Shown: positions 1 to 11,687, numbered from the stretch's first letter. The stretch: DNA of 42,115 bases from Nemertoderma westbladi (GCA_032718475.1 JAUCBJ010008700.1:1-42115); one strand, 5' to 3'. Made by a program: numbers and translations. Notes: generated by a model not told the origin, from the letters alone.

Positions 1-1368
1 GTTAAGCTCTGGAAGTGTAGGGGTCTCTAGCACAGAAGTGACTTTGGGAACTACAGGCCTAATTATTTCAGGTTCATCGACTATAGTAGGGAGTCTTTTG
101 ACCTGGATAAATTGTTCTATGGGTTCTGCACTACCTAAATCTGTGCTAGTTAGCTGTCTTTTAACAGCGGGGGGCAAATCAGGCAGTTTATGACGGTGAG
201 ATGTTTTTCTACGCCTGCTTAGACGAGATCTATTTCCTCCGCCTTCAGGATCGGTGGTCTCGCCTTCCTCCGATGATGTGTATCCTTGGCGCTTGGGAGT
301 AGATCGACTCATCATCTGCATTTGATTAGCAGTAAACTGTTTATTTATACTGTCTTGCGTCTCTTGCAGATTTTCCAACTCCAATTGGATAGTCTGCTCA
401 GAGGCTCTCCGTTCTGCTTCGGCCACTGCCCTTTCCGCCTTTGCTTCTGCCGCCGCTGCCTTTCCTTTTGCTTCTGCTTCTGCCGCTGCTGCCCTTCCTT
501 TTGCTTCTGCTTCTGCCACTGCTGCCCTTGCTGCTATTCTTTCTGCTTCTACTTCTGCCATAGCCGCCGCCTTTGCTGCTTTTCTTTCTGCTTCTGCATC
601 TGCCATAGCCACCGCCTTTTGTTCCTCTATCCTTCTTTTCTTTATTTGTTCTTCTCGGACTCTAATGAGGCGGAGTTTTTCATCACATTCAGCTTGGTTT
701 GCAGCTAACATTTCGGCATCGATTGCGTCCAACACAAGCTTGGTTCCTTCACTATTAGGGGAAAGTCCAGACAGCCGTCTCCTCAACTCTTCGTCTCCTA
801 GGAATCGCTGATAGTCGGACAAATAAATGTCGATAGCGTCTCTAGTTCGCGGCTTCTCTGCTGATGTTAATTCGCTTTCCACTTCGCTTTCCACCTCGCT
901 TTCCACTTCGCTTTCCACCTCACTTTTCACTTCGCTTTCCACCTCACTTTCCACTTGAGAAGAAGTGGCGTCGGTTGATTCCCCACAGGCTGGCCGCCCA
1001 TCATAAACCGTATCCGCCATCTTCGCTCCGCGTTCTGGCGTCCGCTCAACAGTATCCGAACTACTGGAGCTATCGGGCCGCTGAGAACCAGGTTCTTGGC
1101 TAGGAGGTTGCTGCTGTTTTATAGCTTCTTCTTGATCCCGCTTGACTTGGGCCCGAGTGCCTATGGCAGACCAACGGCGCTTCACTAACTTCGCAAATTG
1201 CGAAATCTTTTCTACCAACCTAGGTTCTGTCACAACCACTGCAGGGGTTGCCCTTCTTACAGTATGAGGGGTTTCAGACCTCGGTCTGGGATTCTCTACA
1301 CTTTGATCTGAGAAACAGGCTGTTGTTTCTAGGAGACTATCTGACAGAGTTTGCCTTGTGTCAGCCAT
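1..1368 (-). CDS. Partial ORF (at least 456 aa, open past the left edge): low-complexity/coiled-coil protein, possibly the N-terminal part of a retrotransposon Gag (BEL/Pao-like)
   Basis: Manual translation from ATG at 1368 (MADTRQTLSDSLLE...) finds no stop down to base 1 (...LETPTLPELN). It contains (VESE)n and an Ala/Glu/Lys helical tract (AEAEAKGRAAAAEAEAKGKAAAAEAKAERAVAEAERR). It is absent from the ORF track because no stop lies in the window. Gag identity is inference only. Confidence 0.65.
   Translation of the reverse strand, partial: MADTRQTLSDSLLETTACFSDQSVENPRPRSETPHTVRRATPAVVVTEPRLVEKISQFAKLVKRRWSAIGTRAQVKRDQEEAIKQQQPPSQEPGSQRPDSSSSSDTVERTPERGAKMADTVYDGRPACGESTDATSSQVESEVESEVKSEVESEVESEVESEVESELTSAEKPRTRDAIDIYLSDYQRFLGDEELRRRLSGLSPNSEGTKLVLDAIDAEMLAANQAECDEKLRLIRVREEQIKKRRIEEQKAVAMADAEAERKAAKAAAMAEVEAERIAARAAVAEAEAKGRAAAAEAEAKGKAAAAEAKAERAVAEAERRASEQTIQLELENLQETQDSINKQFTANQMQMMSRSTPKRQGYTSSEEGETTDPEGGGNRSRLSRRRKTSHRHKLPDLPPAVKRQLTSTDLGSAEPIEQFIQVKRLPTIVDEPEIIRPVVPKVTSVLETPTLPELN
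410..620 (-). repeat. Degenerate coding repeat encoding an Ala/Glu-rich coiled coil
   Basis: Recurrent tgcttctgc/ctgccgc units, in frame with the 1-1368 ORF. Confidence 0.75.
871..954 (-). repeat. 12-bp coding tandem repeat, ~7 copies, encoding (VESE)n
   Basis: ttcgctttccac / ctcgctttccac / ctcactttccac units in tandem. Confidence 0.9.
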
Positions 1369-1484
1369 GTTTGATTGTACAGTCGAATGCCTACTGCTAT
1401 ATTACAGTTAAAGCAAGTCTAGTAATTCAGTATCACTGTTAGCCTAATAATTAATTACCGATACTGCTACTCAGTGTAGCGTGA

Positions 1485-1755
1485 TATATATATAATATAT
1501 TAGAATACCGGTATGCTTATAATATATATATAAGTATTATTACAGACTAGATTTGTCACAAAGTACCGGTATATAATTTTAGCACAAATATATATAAATA
1601 TATAATAGGCCTATCGTGAATACCGGTATACAGCTGACACTTATAGTATATATAAGTATAATTATTACTAGAATTAATTACAGAATACCGGTATGATTTC
1701 AGCTCAAATTTATAGAAATAAATATAATAAGCCTATGGTAAATACCGGTATGTCA
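1485..1755. repeat. Degenerate AT-rich tandem repeat (~60-bp sub-unit, ~120-bp dimer) anchored on TACCGGTA
   Basis: taccggta at ~1506, 1564, 1621, 1686, 1743; alternating units resemble each other. Confidence 0.75.
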
Positions 1756-2743
1756 ATTATTTTAGAATAATTGAATTTCTGAATATTTTAGGGTTACTTG
1801 GTTACTTTAACTTACTTACTTTATTACCGTTATTTAAGCAGTAGTCCAACTGATATTGAGACCTAGTTGTTGTATGGCAGGCCTACTATTTATAAATCGT
1901 TTGAGTTGATTTATAATATTATATACCCGTTTTAATGGGTTTTTGTCAATATTTGAAATAAATGTTATTATTTCTGGGGGAGTCACTACACAGAAGCTGT
2001 GCGCTCTCAGTGAAGTGCTATTTATTGGACACTAAAACAGATAATTCTAATTTACCTAAGTTACTTAATACTACAAATTACTTACGATATGGGTGAGATT
2101 AATTCTCTAATTAAACACAACAAAATATTACGTACGAAATTTTTAGGGTAATTTTACAGGAAGTCTACAAACCAGCCTAACAAAGGGTTAGAATTCTGGT
2201 TATTACTGTATTACAACGGACAGGGTACTACGGTATTTGAAATAATAAGTAGTAGTAAATATATTGTACTGTCCAGATAGGAAAATACCACCGCCTGACG
2301 ACCTATAACCGTATCGCTATAGGTACTACGTTATGTATCACGGATTGTTCCTACCCAGAAGCTAATAGAGCTAACGAATGTGCCTATCAACCACTTTACA
2401 ACACAAATATACTGCCTACACTAATTACTTCGGAAAGCACTGTACACTAAACCCTAAATTAGGTACAAGTACCGGTATAACAAATAATCAGTAGTTAAAT
2501 ATACTTGAACAGTTAAAAGAACCACGGCATCTGCTGGAGTGACCGAAGCACAAAGTCGTCAGTCTTTACCTACGCCAAGCAGCCCTGATGTAGTACCAGG
2601 GTTAGTTTAACTATAACGGTATGTATAACAAGCACAATTACTGTAGGAATAAACTTGGGGACATGAATGTTGCGAATAATCGCATAAACTCTGAATAATA
2701 AATATTACGCTACCCGTACAGAATACTCCAACAAATACAAACC

Positions 2744-3271
2744 AAACGCTGGCAGACTACTATTAAGCCTAAACAAACTACAGTATGTGCAGATTCTGAA
2801 ACTGTTAGTTAGTATGCGTTCTAACACGGTAGTACGACTTACTCTTTAAGAGGGGATTGACCTTACCGCTTATGGCTGCCCCAACTTACTAACGGCACTT
2901 GATCAGACCAACTCTACACACGCAGCAATCCCTTCAGACCTAAAAATAGCTAGACAACAATCCAGCCTACAAATATTTGAGTAATAACTATTACGGTACC
3001 TGAACAGACCACACAAACAAACACAGGCTAAAACACTGGCAGACTACGATCAAGCCTAAATAAACTACAGTATATGCAGACTCTGAAACTGTTAGTTAGT
3101 ATGCGTTCTAACACGGTAGTACGACTTATTCTTTAAGAGGGGATTGACCTTCAGCATATGGCTGCCCCAACTTACTAACGGCACTTTATCAGACAAACTC
3201 TACACACGCCGTAATCTCTCCAAACTCAACAACAGTCAGACAGCAGCTCAGCCTACAACTATCTGAACAAT
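2744..3271. repeat. Direct duplication of ~240 bp (~2744-2985 and ~3030-3271)
   Basis: Shared ctggcagactac...tctgaaactgttagttagtatgcgttctaacacggtagtacgactta...atggctgccccaacttactaacggcactt...cagcctacaa. Confidence 0.92.
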
Positions 3272-4502
3272 CTGAGCAGGGTCACACGCCTTCTGCTCAA
3301 TATTAGCCTACTAGGAAATAAAACCGACAGAAATAGGTAAAATCTCAATAAAAATTCAGGGCTGCAGTCCCTGATTAAGTACTAAGACCTACCAGTATAC
3401 AATAATCAAAATCGAATAATACTAAATGTACTTGTACAGCAGTACCGGTACCGGTGATGACAGTTAGGCCTACTGACCTACAAAGTACCGGTTCAGTTTT
3501 ACCAGTCACTACGGTATTTTGCAACCTTATTGCCTACTGCAATAAGATTATAAACTGTTACTGTTCGCGCTTTTGAAGACCTTTAGCAGTTTAACCTGCC
3601 AAAATTTATATGTCTTTTAGTTAATTAACACACCTTTAGCATACGACAATATTTTATGCTAATAAACAAAACATTAGCCGAAGCCAGCCCATGCGCGATC
3701 ATTCACCCGATGGATCTACACCCGGGAGGCTGAATTCGGATGCTTAGATTTTATTATTGCAGTGTAAGGTTGCAGTGTAAACCTATTGTATTATTCGATA
3801 GATCACTAATAATTAATTTCTGACAGATATTATTAACTTTCGGGAAATATTAACAGTTCCTTTAGGACGTGGCACTCTATCTGTTTAAACAGAGCTAGGA
3901 CTTATACTAAACGCAACGATAAGGCTTATGATTAAAGTATAAGTCGCATTCTTTAGGAAATGCTTTGTTACCAGTCACATCACACTCACAATCATGCACA
4001 CTATTCTGCCGACCGTCAGTATATTTGATCACACATAAAGAGAGCAGTAATTGACTCATGTAGGGTCTGCTAAATAACATTAGATTCAATACACACCACA
4101 TTGATATAAATCGCAATTGTTATATATAGCCCGCCTCTCTAACCTGTAGTGTATCAAGAAAATTGGGAATTTTGGGTGATTTATCCGTATTCTCCAAAGA
4201 GCAATATTTCCATCAACAAATAGGTACAATTAATAACTGACGGTAAAATAACAGTACAAACAATATGATTAATGCAATTAAATTAAGTAAGTTAATGCTG
4301 TCTTTCGATTCGATTGATTAATTAGTGAAGATTCGGTAACAGTTTATACTTTCGATAATTCAAGCAGTTTACTAGAGTTCTTCCCAAAATGCCGGTGTTT
4401 CTGGCTTAGACAGCAATAACAACAAAGTAACAAGTAAAAACAGTAAGACTGAACACTCTCCTTATGATCGACTAAAAAGCTACACGTCGACAGGAAAAAT
4501 CG

Positions 4503-4546
4503 CTCTGATTGGCTCAAGCCAAACAAAGAACCGTGCGTCCAATGGC
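4503..4546. promoter_or_regulatory. Pair of oppositely oriented CCAAT (NF-Y-like) boxes
   Basis: ctctgattggct at ~4503-4514 and gtccaatggc at ~4537-4546; motif match only. Confidence 0.3.
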
Positions 4547-5256
4547 TGTTTCCATGTCAGCAACCAGCTGTTAGATGTCGTAATATGAATTATCACGGCT
4601 AAGCTGTGAAAGGTAGTTGGTGCATTGCAGGTTTTTTGCCTTACCATGTCCACTAAAACACGTATATAGCAGAATTACTTTTATGTCCGTTAAAACACCT
4701 GTAAAGGTACCTTGCGGGCGAGGGGAATATATATACAGTCAGAGAACCCTTTTAGAGTATTCCAGCGCCTGGGGGGGAACTGGCCAGCAAAGGCAAACGT
4801 ATCAGTTATCCCACAAAAGCTTTTACAAATACTGTGTTTGTACAGTTAGGCCTATTGCTATATTGTAGCAATCAGTCAGTGAAACATAAAGCAGACCGTC
4901 GGTAGTGTCTAGTGTGGTAGTGTTAGTGTACCAGCGGTTAGATAGTGGCGATAACCAAGACATAAAAGCGATGCCAGTTATTATTCGTGGAAAGAGGGTC
5001 TATAAACAGCAGTCATCAGTTAGTCAGTGCAGTAGTGCTAGTGATATAGTCTGCTAGAAGTCAGACGTACCGGTAGCGTTAACCAATACAAATCAACAAT
5101 AGGCCTAGCTAATCGCTGTGTGAGATCTCAGTTAGTCAATAGGATATATATTGAAAACTGCAGTATTCAGTGTTGTTCAGTAGGGTCTATAGCGCTACTA
5201 CGATGGCCCTAGGCCTAGGCTAACTCGAATGAAGCGGTATCGGTAGTTGGGTAGAC

Positions 5257-6043
5257 AAGCAGATAGGTAGATGTAGGCCTATTGATCGAATGCTTCGATC
5301 CCGGTTTAGGCTATCGGTATCACCGCAGTCTGACAGTAATTAATAATGAGCCTACTGCAATACTGTTGTACCGGTAGATAATAAATGTAAATTGTTTGCT
5401 AGCGGCGTCGATAGTACAGTCAGATGGTGGAAGGGAAGGCAGATTTTACTTACGGTGTTAGTAAATATTCACGGAAAGAAGAAGATTGGAAGTTCGTGAA
5501 GAAGTTGGTTGACGTGGACGACGAGAGAGTTTATTTACCGATAGTACGGAATGGTATCGGAAATTAGAAATAATGGAATATTACGCGGCGGATATGCGGA
5601 AAGTTTGTTGTCGACGATGAGCGTTAACGCGGCGAAATTATACTAGAAAAATAAGTTGATTATTTGTAAAAAGATAAAAAATACTGTAAGCAGATAGGCG
5701 GATGTAAGCCTATTGATCGAATGCTTCGATCACGGTTTAGGCTATCGGTACCACCACAGTCTGACAGTAATTAATAATGAGCCTACTGTAATACTGTTGT
5801 ATCGGTAGATAATAAATGTAAATTGTTTGCTATCGGCATCGATGGAGATGGTGGAAGGCAGATTTTACTTACGGTGTTAGTAAATATTCACGGAAAGATG
5901 AAGTTTGGACGTTCGTGAGGAAGTTGGTTGACGTGGACGACGAGAGAGTTTATTAACCGATAGAACGGAATGGTATTGGAAGAATATTACGCGGCGGATA
6001 CGCGGAAAGTTTGTTGTCGACGATGAGCGATAACGAGGCGAAA
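5257..6043. repeat. Direct duplication of ~360-380 bp (5257-5637 and 5688-6043); the second copy abuts the CRE element
   Basis: Both copies run from aagcagatagg...cctattgatcgaatgcttcgatc... to ...tttgttgtcgacgatgagcg..aacg.ggcgaaa, then diverge. Confidence 0.92.
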
Positions 6044-9000
6044 CGCTCCTCCGATCTGACTCAGACACTGCGTCCTGCCGGTTCACAGGCAACGCCTTCT
6101 AGCGGTAGTCCATCAAACTCACCCGTTTCAGTGGCGACAACAGCTATGGCCCCTCCACCAGTTTCCCAGGTTCTAGAAGACGCTTTTGGGGGTGTTTGGC
6201 TTAACTCCCCAGGTTCGTCCACCGCCCCAACCTGGGAGAGACGCCATAGCCGACTAGCTCAACTACCCAGCCGCCAGTACCTGGTTCCTGGGGGCAATGT
6301 CGGCCGCAAGATCGTTGACCTCCTCGCCAAAGAGATGGAGAAGTTCGCGGGGGGAGACTGTCCGTCCGAACGCCATGGTCTTTCAGGGAGACCCGGACGT
6401 GGTGAAGAGCCCTGACGTCCGACGGCTTGTCCTCAGACGGCTGTTGGCGTGGGAGCGTGGGGAATTCGAGGCCCTTCTGGCGGAGGCGGATCGCTGCAAC
6501 TCGAAGTTCCCCACGGCCCGAGGGGCAGCGCCAGCCAACACTGCGAGGATCTTCAACCGGAAGGTCCTTGCTGGGATGAATCGGTCAGCAGTCCGGATGC
6601 TGACGGAGCGCGACGGGGGAGGCGTTCTGGACCCCGATGCCCAAGCCGAAGGTAAACCCCCGGGTTTCACAGTCCGGGACGCCCTGGAGGAGAAACACCC
6701 TCCTCAGATGATGATTTCTCCCTCTGTCCTCGACCCCTGCGAAAACCTCCCTCCTTTAGAGAGCGTCGATGTTACCGGGCAGCACGTTCTGAAGGCGGCC
6801 CGTGCTCTCCAGGGAAGCTCCGGTCCGGTAGGAGGCGACGCGGAGCTGTGGCACGCACTGTTGACTCGGTACGACAACCACAGCGCCCGGATGCGCAAGG
6901 CCGTCGCTAGTTTGGCGCGGCGTTTGTCGAACACAATCGTGCCGTGGGGTGAGATCCGGGCCCTTCGCGCATGCCGTCTTGTAGGACTCGACAAGGAACC
7001 CGGGGTCCGTCCAATCGGAGTCGGAGAGGTGCTCTACCGCCTCCTCGCGAATTGTATGGCGATGGCGACGAAATCGGACATCATTCTCCAGTGTGGGGCG
7101 GACCAGCTCTGTGTAGGGGTGAAGGCCGGCATCGAGGGCGCCGTCCACGCGATGTCCTCCTTGTTCGAAGAAGAGTCGACTCAGGCCATGTTGCTGGTGG
7201 ATGCACGCAATGCGTTCAATAGCCTGAGTCGCCCCGTCGCCCTGTGGAACTGCCGGGTTTACTGGCATAGGTGCTCGAGGTTCCTCTTCAACGCCTACAA
7301 TGGACACTCCGCCCTATATCTGTCTGGTTCCTCCGCCCCCTTGTGGAGCCAAGAGGGTTGGACTCAGGGCGACCCCCTCGCAATGTTCGGCTATGGCTGC
7401 GGGACCCTGCCCATGGTCAGGAAGTTGCGCGATGTGCAATCCCCGTCGGCCCCGGAAGAACCCACCCAACCCGGTTCCCCTACACCCGAACCCCTCACCG
7501 AGTTTGGTTCACCGACACCCAGCGAATACGGTTCGCCATGTAGTGGTTTTGGTTCACCACTAAGTGATTCGCCACCCACCGAATCTGGCCCGCCACCCGA
7601 CGGATCCGTTTCGCCACCCGTCGAGTCAGATCCTGAACTCACCCTGTCACTTCTCGACGACCAGGCAGCACAACCGACCAGCCCATCGCAACGCCAGTGC
7701 TGGTACGCCGACGATGCCTCATCGGCTGGCAGTTTGTCCGGGATCCGGGAATGGTGGTCTGAGCTCCTCCGCGTGGGCCCTAGCATTGGGTACAACCCGG
7801 AGCCGACGAAGAGCTACCTCATCGTCAAACCGGGTTGGGAGGCCGAGGCGGAGGAAATGTTCGGTGCCAGCGGAGTCCACATCGTGAATGGACACCGATT
7901 CCTCGGCGGCTACATCGGGGAGCACTCCGGTCTCAAGGGGTTTATTGACGAGAAGGTTTCCGGGTGGGTGGAGAGTATAAATGAACTCGCAGAAGTCGCT
8001 AATGAGTTTCCCCAGACGGCACACACTGGGCTGTCCCGCTGTGTGCAGGCGGAGTGGGACTACCTGCTGCGAGTTGTCCCCACAGACGTGGAAGAGGTAA
8101 CCCCGATCCGGACTGCGCTCCTCCAGCGATACATTCCCGCCCTATTCGGAAGTCAGCTCGGTTCAGCTGATGAGGACCTGGTTTTACTTCCTGCTCGCCA
8201 TGGTGGTATCGGCCTGCGGGACCCCACCATGCGACAGGGCCCGGCGCATGTAGCTTCCCAGGAGGGGACGGCGGTAGTCCGAGATGCTTTACTCTCGGGA
8301 CAACCCCTTCATGTGGCAGACCATAACGCCAAGCTGCGCAGTGTACTCGCCGAGAGCCGGGTGTCTCAGGACGCAGCTTACAAGGAGAAGCGGGAGGTGG
8401 CCCTGGGGGCGCTACCAGCCGACCGACGGCGAACCGCGACCCGGGTGGTTCTCAATAAGACCGGGGGCTGGCTGACCGCACAACCGACTCAAACGACAAT
8501 CGACTCCACCGACCTCAGTCCGGAAGAGTTCCGGGACAACCTGTCCCTCCGGTACGGCCTCACGCCGCCAGGTCTCCCCGAGAAGTGCGAGGGTTGTGGG
8601 GATCATTTCTCCACCACCCACGCACTGAGCTGCAAGTCTGGCAGGCTGATCGTGAAACGCCACGATGAGATTCGTGAGGTCTTCGGGGACCTTTTGGCTT
8701 CCATGTTCGGGAACTCGAACGTTGAACGGGAGGTGACCCTGTCCCGGGGTTACCTTGACAGAGAGGGTCGGGAGGTAGGGGGAGTGCGGGCGGACTTGGT
8801 CGCGCGGGTGGCGTCGTTTGATATCGCGGTTATAAACGCTGACGCCACCTCCTACGCCCAGACCAACCGTTCGACCGAGTCGCTATTGGAGCAGCGGTGC
8901 AGGCTGAAGAAGCTGCACTACCGAACCGTATGCGAGGACCGGAGGATGGCGTTCACCCCATTGGTCGGCACCACTGATGGAGTATGGTGCGATGAGGCCC

Positions 9001-9221
9001 AGATCCTAATCCGCCATCTCGCCGAGACAATTGTGTCGAGGCGGGATGGTATGAGAGAGAGGGGCCTCGTGTGCGTTCTGGGGGGTGTTCGCCGGCGGCT
9101 GCAGTTCGCGCTCCTCCGGTCCAACTCCCTCTGCCTCCGAGGGGGACGTCGGTCTTGGCGGGCTCTCGGATTTGGTGACGGGGCGGGTCTGCGCGGTGTT
9201 GGGCTGGCAGACGAATTTTAA
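6044..9221 (+). pseudogene. Frameshifted RT / CCHC / PD-(D/E)xK endonuclease polyprotein of the CRE element
   Basis: Motifs RLVGLDKEPGVRPIGVGE, QLCVGVKAGIEGAVH, LLVDARNAFN, QGDPLAM, WYADD, CEGC..H...C..G....RHD, RADL..FD, KKLHY, FTPLV. The N-terminal block QYLVPGGNVGRKIVDLLA..SER is in the 6011 frame and the rest in the 6297 frame, so there is a frameshift near 6372. Confidence 0.85.
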
Positions 9222-9330
9222 CTCTTTGTTGTTTCCCATTGTCAGTGCTGTTTTTGTGTTGCTTTGTTCGTTAATTGTATTATGTCATGTATTTTATTAT
9301 TATTATTATTTAAATGTGCATTAAAAAAAA
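6044..9330 (+). mobile_element. CRE-clade non-LTR retrotransposon (RT plus restriction-like endonuclease), probably 5'-truncated, with T-rich 3' UTR, (TAT)n and an A8 tail
   Basis: Abrupt shift to GC-rich sequence at ~6044; RT and RLE motifs (see ORF entry); tattattattattatt at ~9295-9310; aaaaaaaa at 9323-9330; no TSD found. Confidence 0.85.
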
Positions 9331-9369
9331 CTATGTAAATTTTAAATCTTGGTATAAAATAAAATAAAA

Positions 9370-9555
9370 TAAATTTTGGTCTTTTTGGAGTTAATAAAAA
9401 GACCAACACTAGAAGCAGAATGTTCTAATGAGCTGAGGAGCTGTTGGGCTCCCTCTAGTAATTTTGAGAGTACTCCTAAGTCATCAGCAAAGTCTAGATC
9501 AGCTAGGTACTTGGCAGGATTTCCTCGACTTATGGAGCCAGTAGGTGGAGTTACA
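9370..9555 (-). mobile_element. Fragment of an RTE/RTEX-like LINE reverse transcriptase
   Basis: PAKYLADLDFADDLGVLS...AQQLLSSLEHSASSVGLFINSKKTK: RT catalytic FADD motif plus the GLxINxxKT motif. Confidence 0.8.
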
Positions 9556-10469
9556 TAAGTACAAGGGGGTGGGAGGGGGGGGGGGGGGGTGTTTAACGGA
9601 AACAAATTGCATCCCTCTCTAGGGGAAAATCGACGCAAACAACACTGAGCTCCCAAAAATAAAATATCCCTCAGACTAATGATAATTTTATTCAATATAA
9701 ACCAGTTCGTCTGGTGACATATATTTAATTAAGATTTTTTATTTTTTTTAATTTATCTTTATTAAGTGTTTTATAGCGCTTATTTCTGTCTTATAACCTG
9801 TATAGATACCTGAAACCTGTGGTTTAGTGAAAACATGGTATTCTTCACATGGGGGTAAACTGTAAAGTGAAATATAACAGCAGAAAAATCGCGCCAAAAA
9901 TCTAGTGTATTACTGTATAATACTTGGAGCTCTTAGATTGGTTGATCTTGCTCGGCCTACGTGACTTAGAAACGGGAAGAACCATTCTCCGCAAGGAATA
10001 ATCTTGTGTCGAGACTAGCAACTTTGTTACGGAGAGAGGAAAATTTGGGATGCCATAAGGCCATACCCATATATCGTTTAAGATAGTCCATTTTCTGGCG
10101 TGACTTATCTTCAGAGGATAGATATGTAAATGGCAAGTAGACCGACCGAAGCAGTACCTAACTCTTCAAATTACCAGACCTCATAATGCAACAAGAACCA
10201 AAAAGTTGACGTAATCATGTGATAATTATTGTAAAAATTGTACATTTACAATATAATAAAGCCATATACCGGTAACTTCAATATTGTGATGCGCTATCTT
10301 GGAATCGTTAACTCACTAATAATAATTACTTATCATTCCCTGTACAGAAATTATGTAGGCCTCATGTATTACCAACTAGGGTGTTTGTTCGTCTATAAAG
10401 AAACTATGTAGTGCCGAAAGAGAATTGTGGTAGCCGTATCAATCAGTTTAAGAAGGCCATGGCAAAACA

Positions 10470-10610
10470 TCTACCAATAGAATAAAGAAAATGAGTACAC
10501 GGGAAATTCTGATTGGTTCAATTTCCTCTATGTATTTCCTATTATGAAGTTATTTGCTCGCGTCGCTTGGCAACCTAATACGTCTCTATGCCAACATTCT
10601 TAAACAACAA
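10470..10610 (+). promoter_or_regulatory. Putative ciliary-gene promoter of DNAH10: RFX X-box(es), forkhead site and CCAAT boxes
   Basis: GTCGCTTGGCAAC at 10562-10574 fits the X-box GTNRCY-N-RGYAAC; near match GTCTCTATGCCAAC at 10582-10595; TAAACAA at 10601-10607; ctgattggtt at ~10509 and accaat at ~10473. Confidence 0.55.
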
Positions 10611-11687
10611 TACTTCCTTTCTTCTGTGATCTACAACATACGGTTTGTGTATTGCATAGCTGAAATCACGGTACAGTAAAGTTATAATGTAATAATATAG
10701 AACATAAACCGGTCTGGCCTACTGATGTTATTTGTAGAGAACATGGACATATTATTTAAAATTTAATTTGTATTTGTTAATTAAGTAGGGACTTTTGACC
10801 CATCATATTGGAGGCCGTTTGGTAGGCCTATAATACTGGTATTGGTAATTGGTATTATAATTGGTAAATCCTTCGAAACTGATACTTTCTTTTTTAACGG
10901 TATTAAAAATTGGAACGCTCTGTTATTAGTTTATTTATTTACTGTATACTGTAATTACGTTTTATTAATTGTACTGTGCATAGTTACATCTTTATCGTTG
11001 AGTCGGTAGTTACATTTTATACTGGTAATGTAATAATTGTGTAATTGTAACCAAGCAACAAAAAGGACCCCCTTGAAAAATAAGCTGCAAAGCTTTAGGC
11101 GTATTGTAATCATATATGTTATGATGGACAATTAGTGACAATATCTACTGATATACATTGTTATTGTTTTTACATAATTTATCCATAAATATACCCATCT
11201 ATTTATAGTACAGTTTATCTACCTATCTTGAAAAATAACTTCTTCTTTCGCTAGCAGCTAGCTATCTGGAACAAAATGCTACCAGCAGGGTTGAATTTAT
11301 AAATTTAACCCTCTCCTTGTAAGAATATAACTCTAACCTTTCTATTAACTTCATAGATCTAGTTTATAGATCTTTAGATCTATAGTATTTAACTTTAGTT
11401 TGTTTTGTTTAGAATAATGTGCCACTGTGACCTGTTTCAAAAAAGCACATTTTTTTCGTAAAAAAAGTTAGAACATATTAACAATTACATTACCAAAAAT
11501 ACTCACAACTTTATACTGTCGCTGACTGAAATCTTTTAAGTGGTAGATTATACTATATGCCATAAAGTTAATAGCGGTAGTTATTATACAAAATAGTAAG
11601 TTGATTGTCGATATTTGCTGATTTCATTTAAACTTCGTGGGAATATATTATTTCAATGCAATTAAATATAAAACAAATGTATTCAAA

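Noticed and set aside
286-1103. Cys/Phe-rich and Pro/Phe-rich plus-strand ORFs
   Set aside because: Antisense shadows of the coding repeats in the minus-strand ORF 1-1368.
3560-4720. LTR or primer-binding site for the left-hand element
   Set aside because: Only a weak resemblance (aaggtcttc on the minus strand at ~3575-3583); no second LTR or clear tRNA complement in the window.
7431-7690. Intein or intron in the RT
   Set aside because: No Cys/Ser start with His-Asn end or splicing blocks; low-complexity coding repeats; no convincing splice boundaries.
9564-9590. G-rich tract as a functional G-quadruplex
   Set aside because: Simple homopolymer run in TE debris; length unreliable and no supporting context.
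11637-11687. ORF-track start of the dynein at 11637
   Set aside because: GTG start in AT-rich UTR-like sequence; homology begins at ATG 11688 (aaaATGG context).
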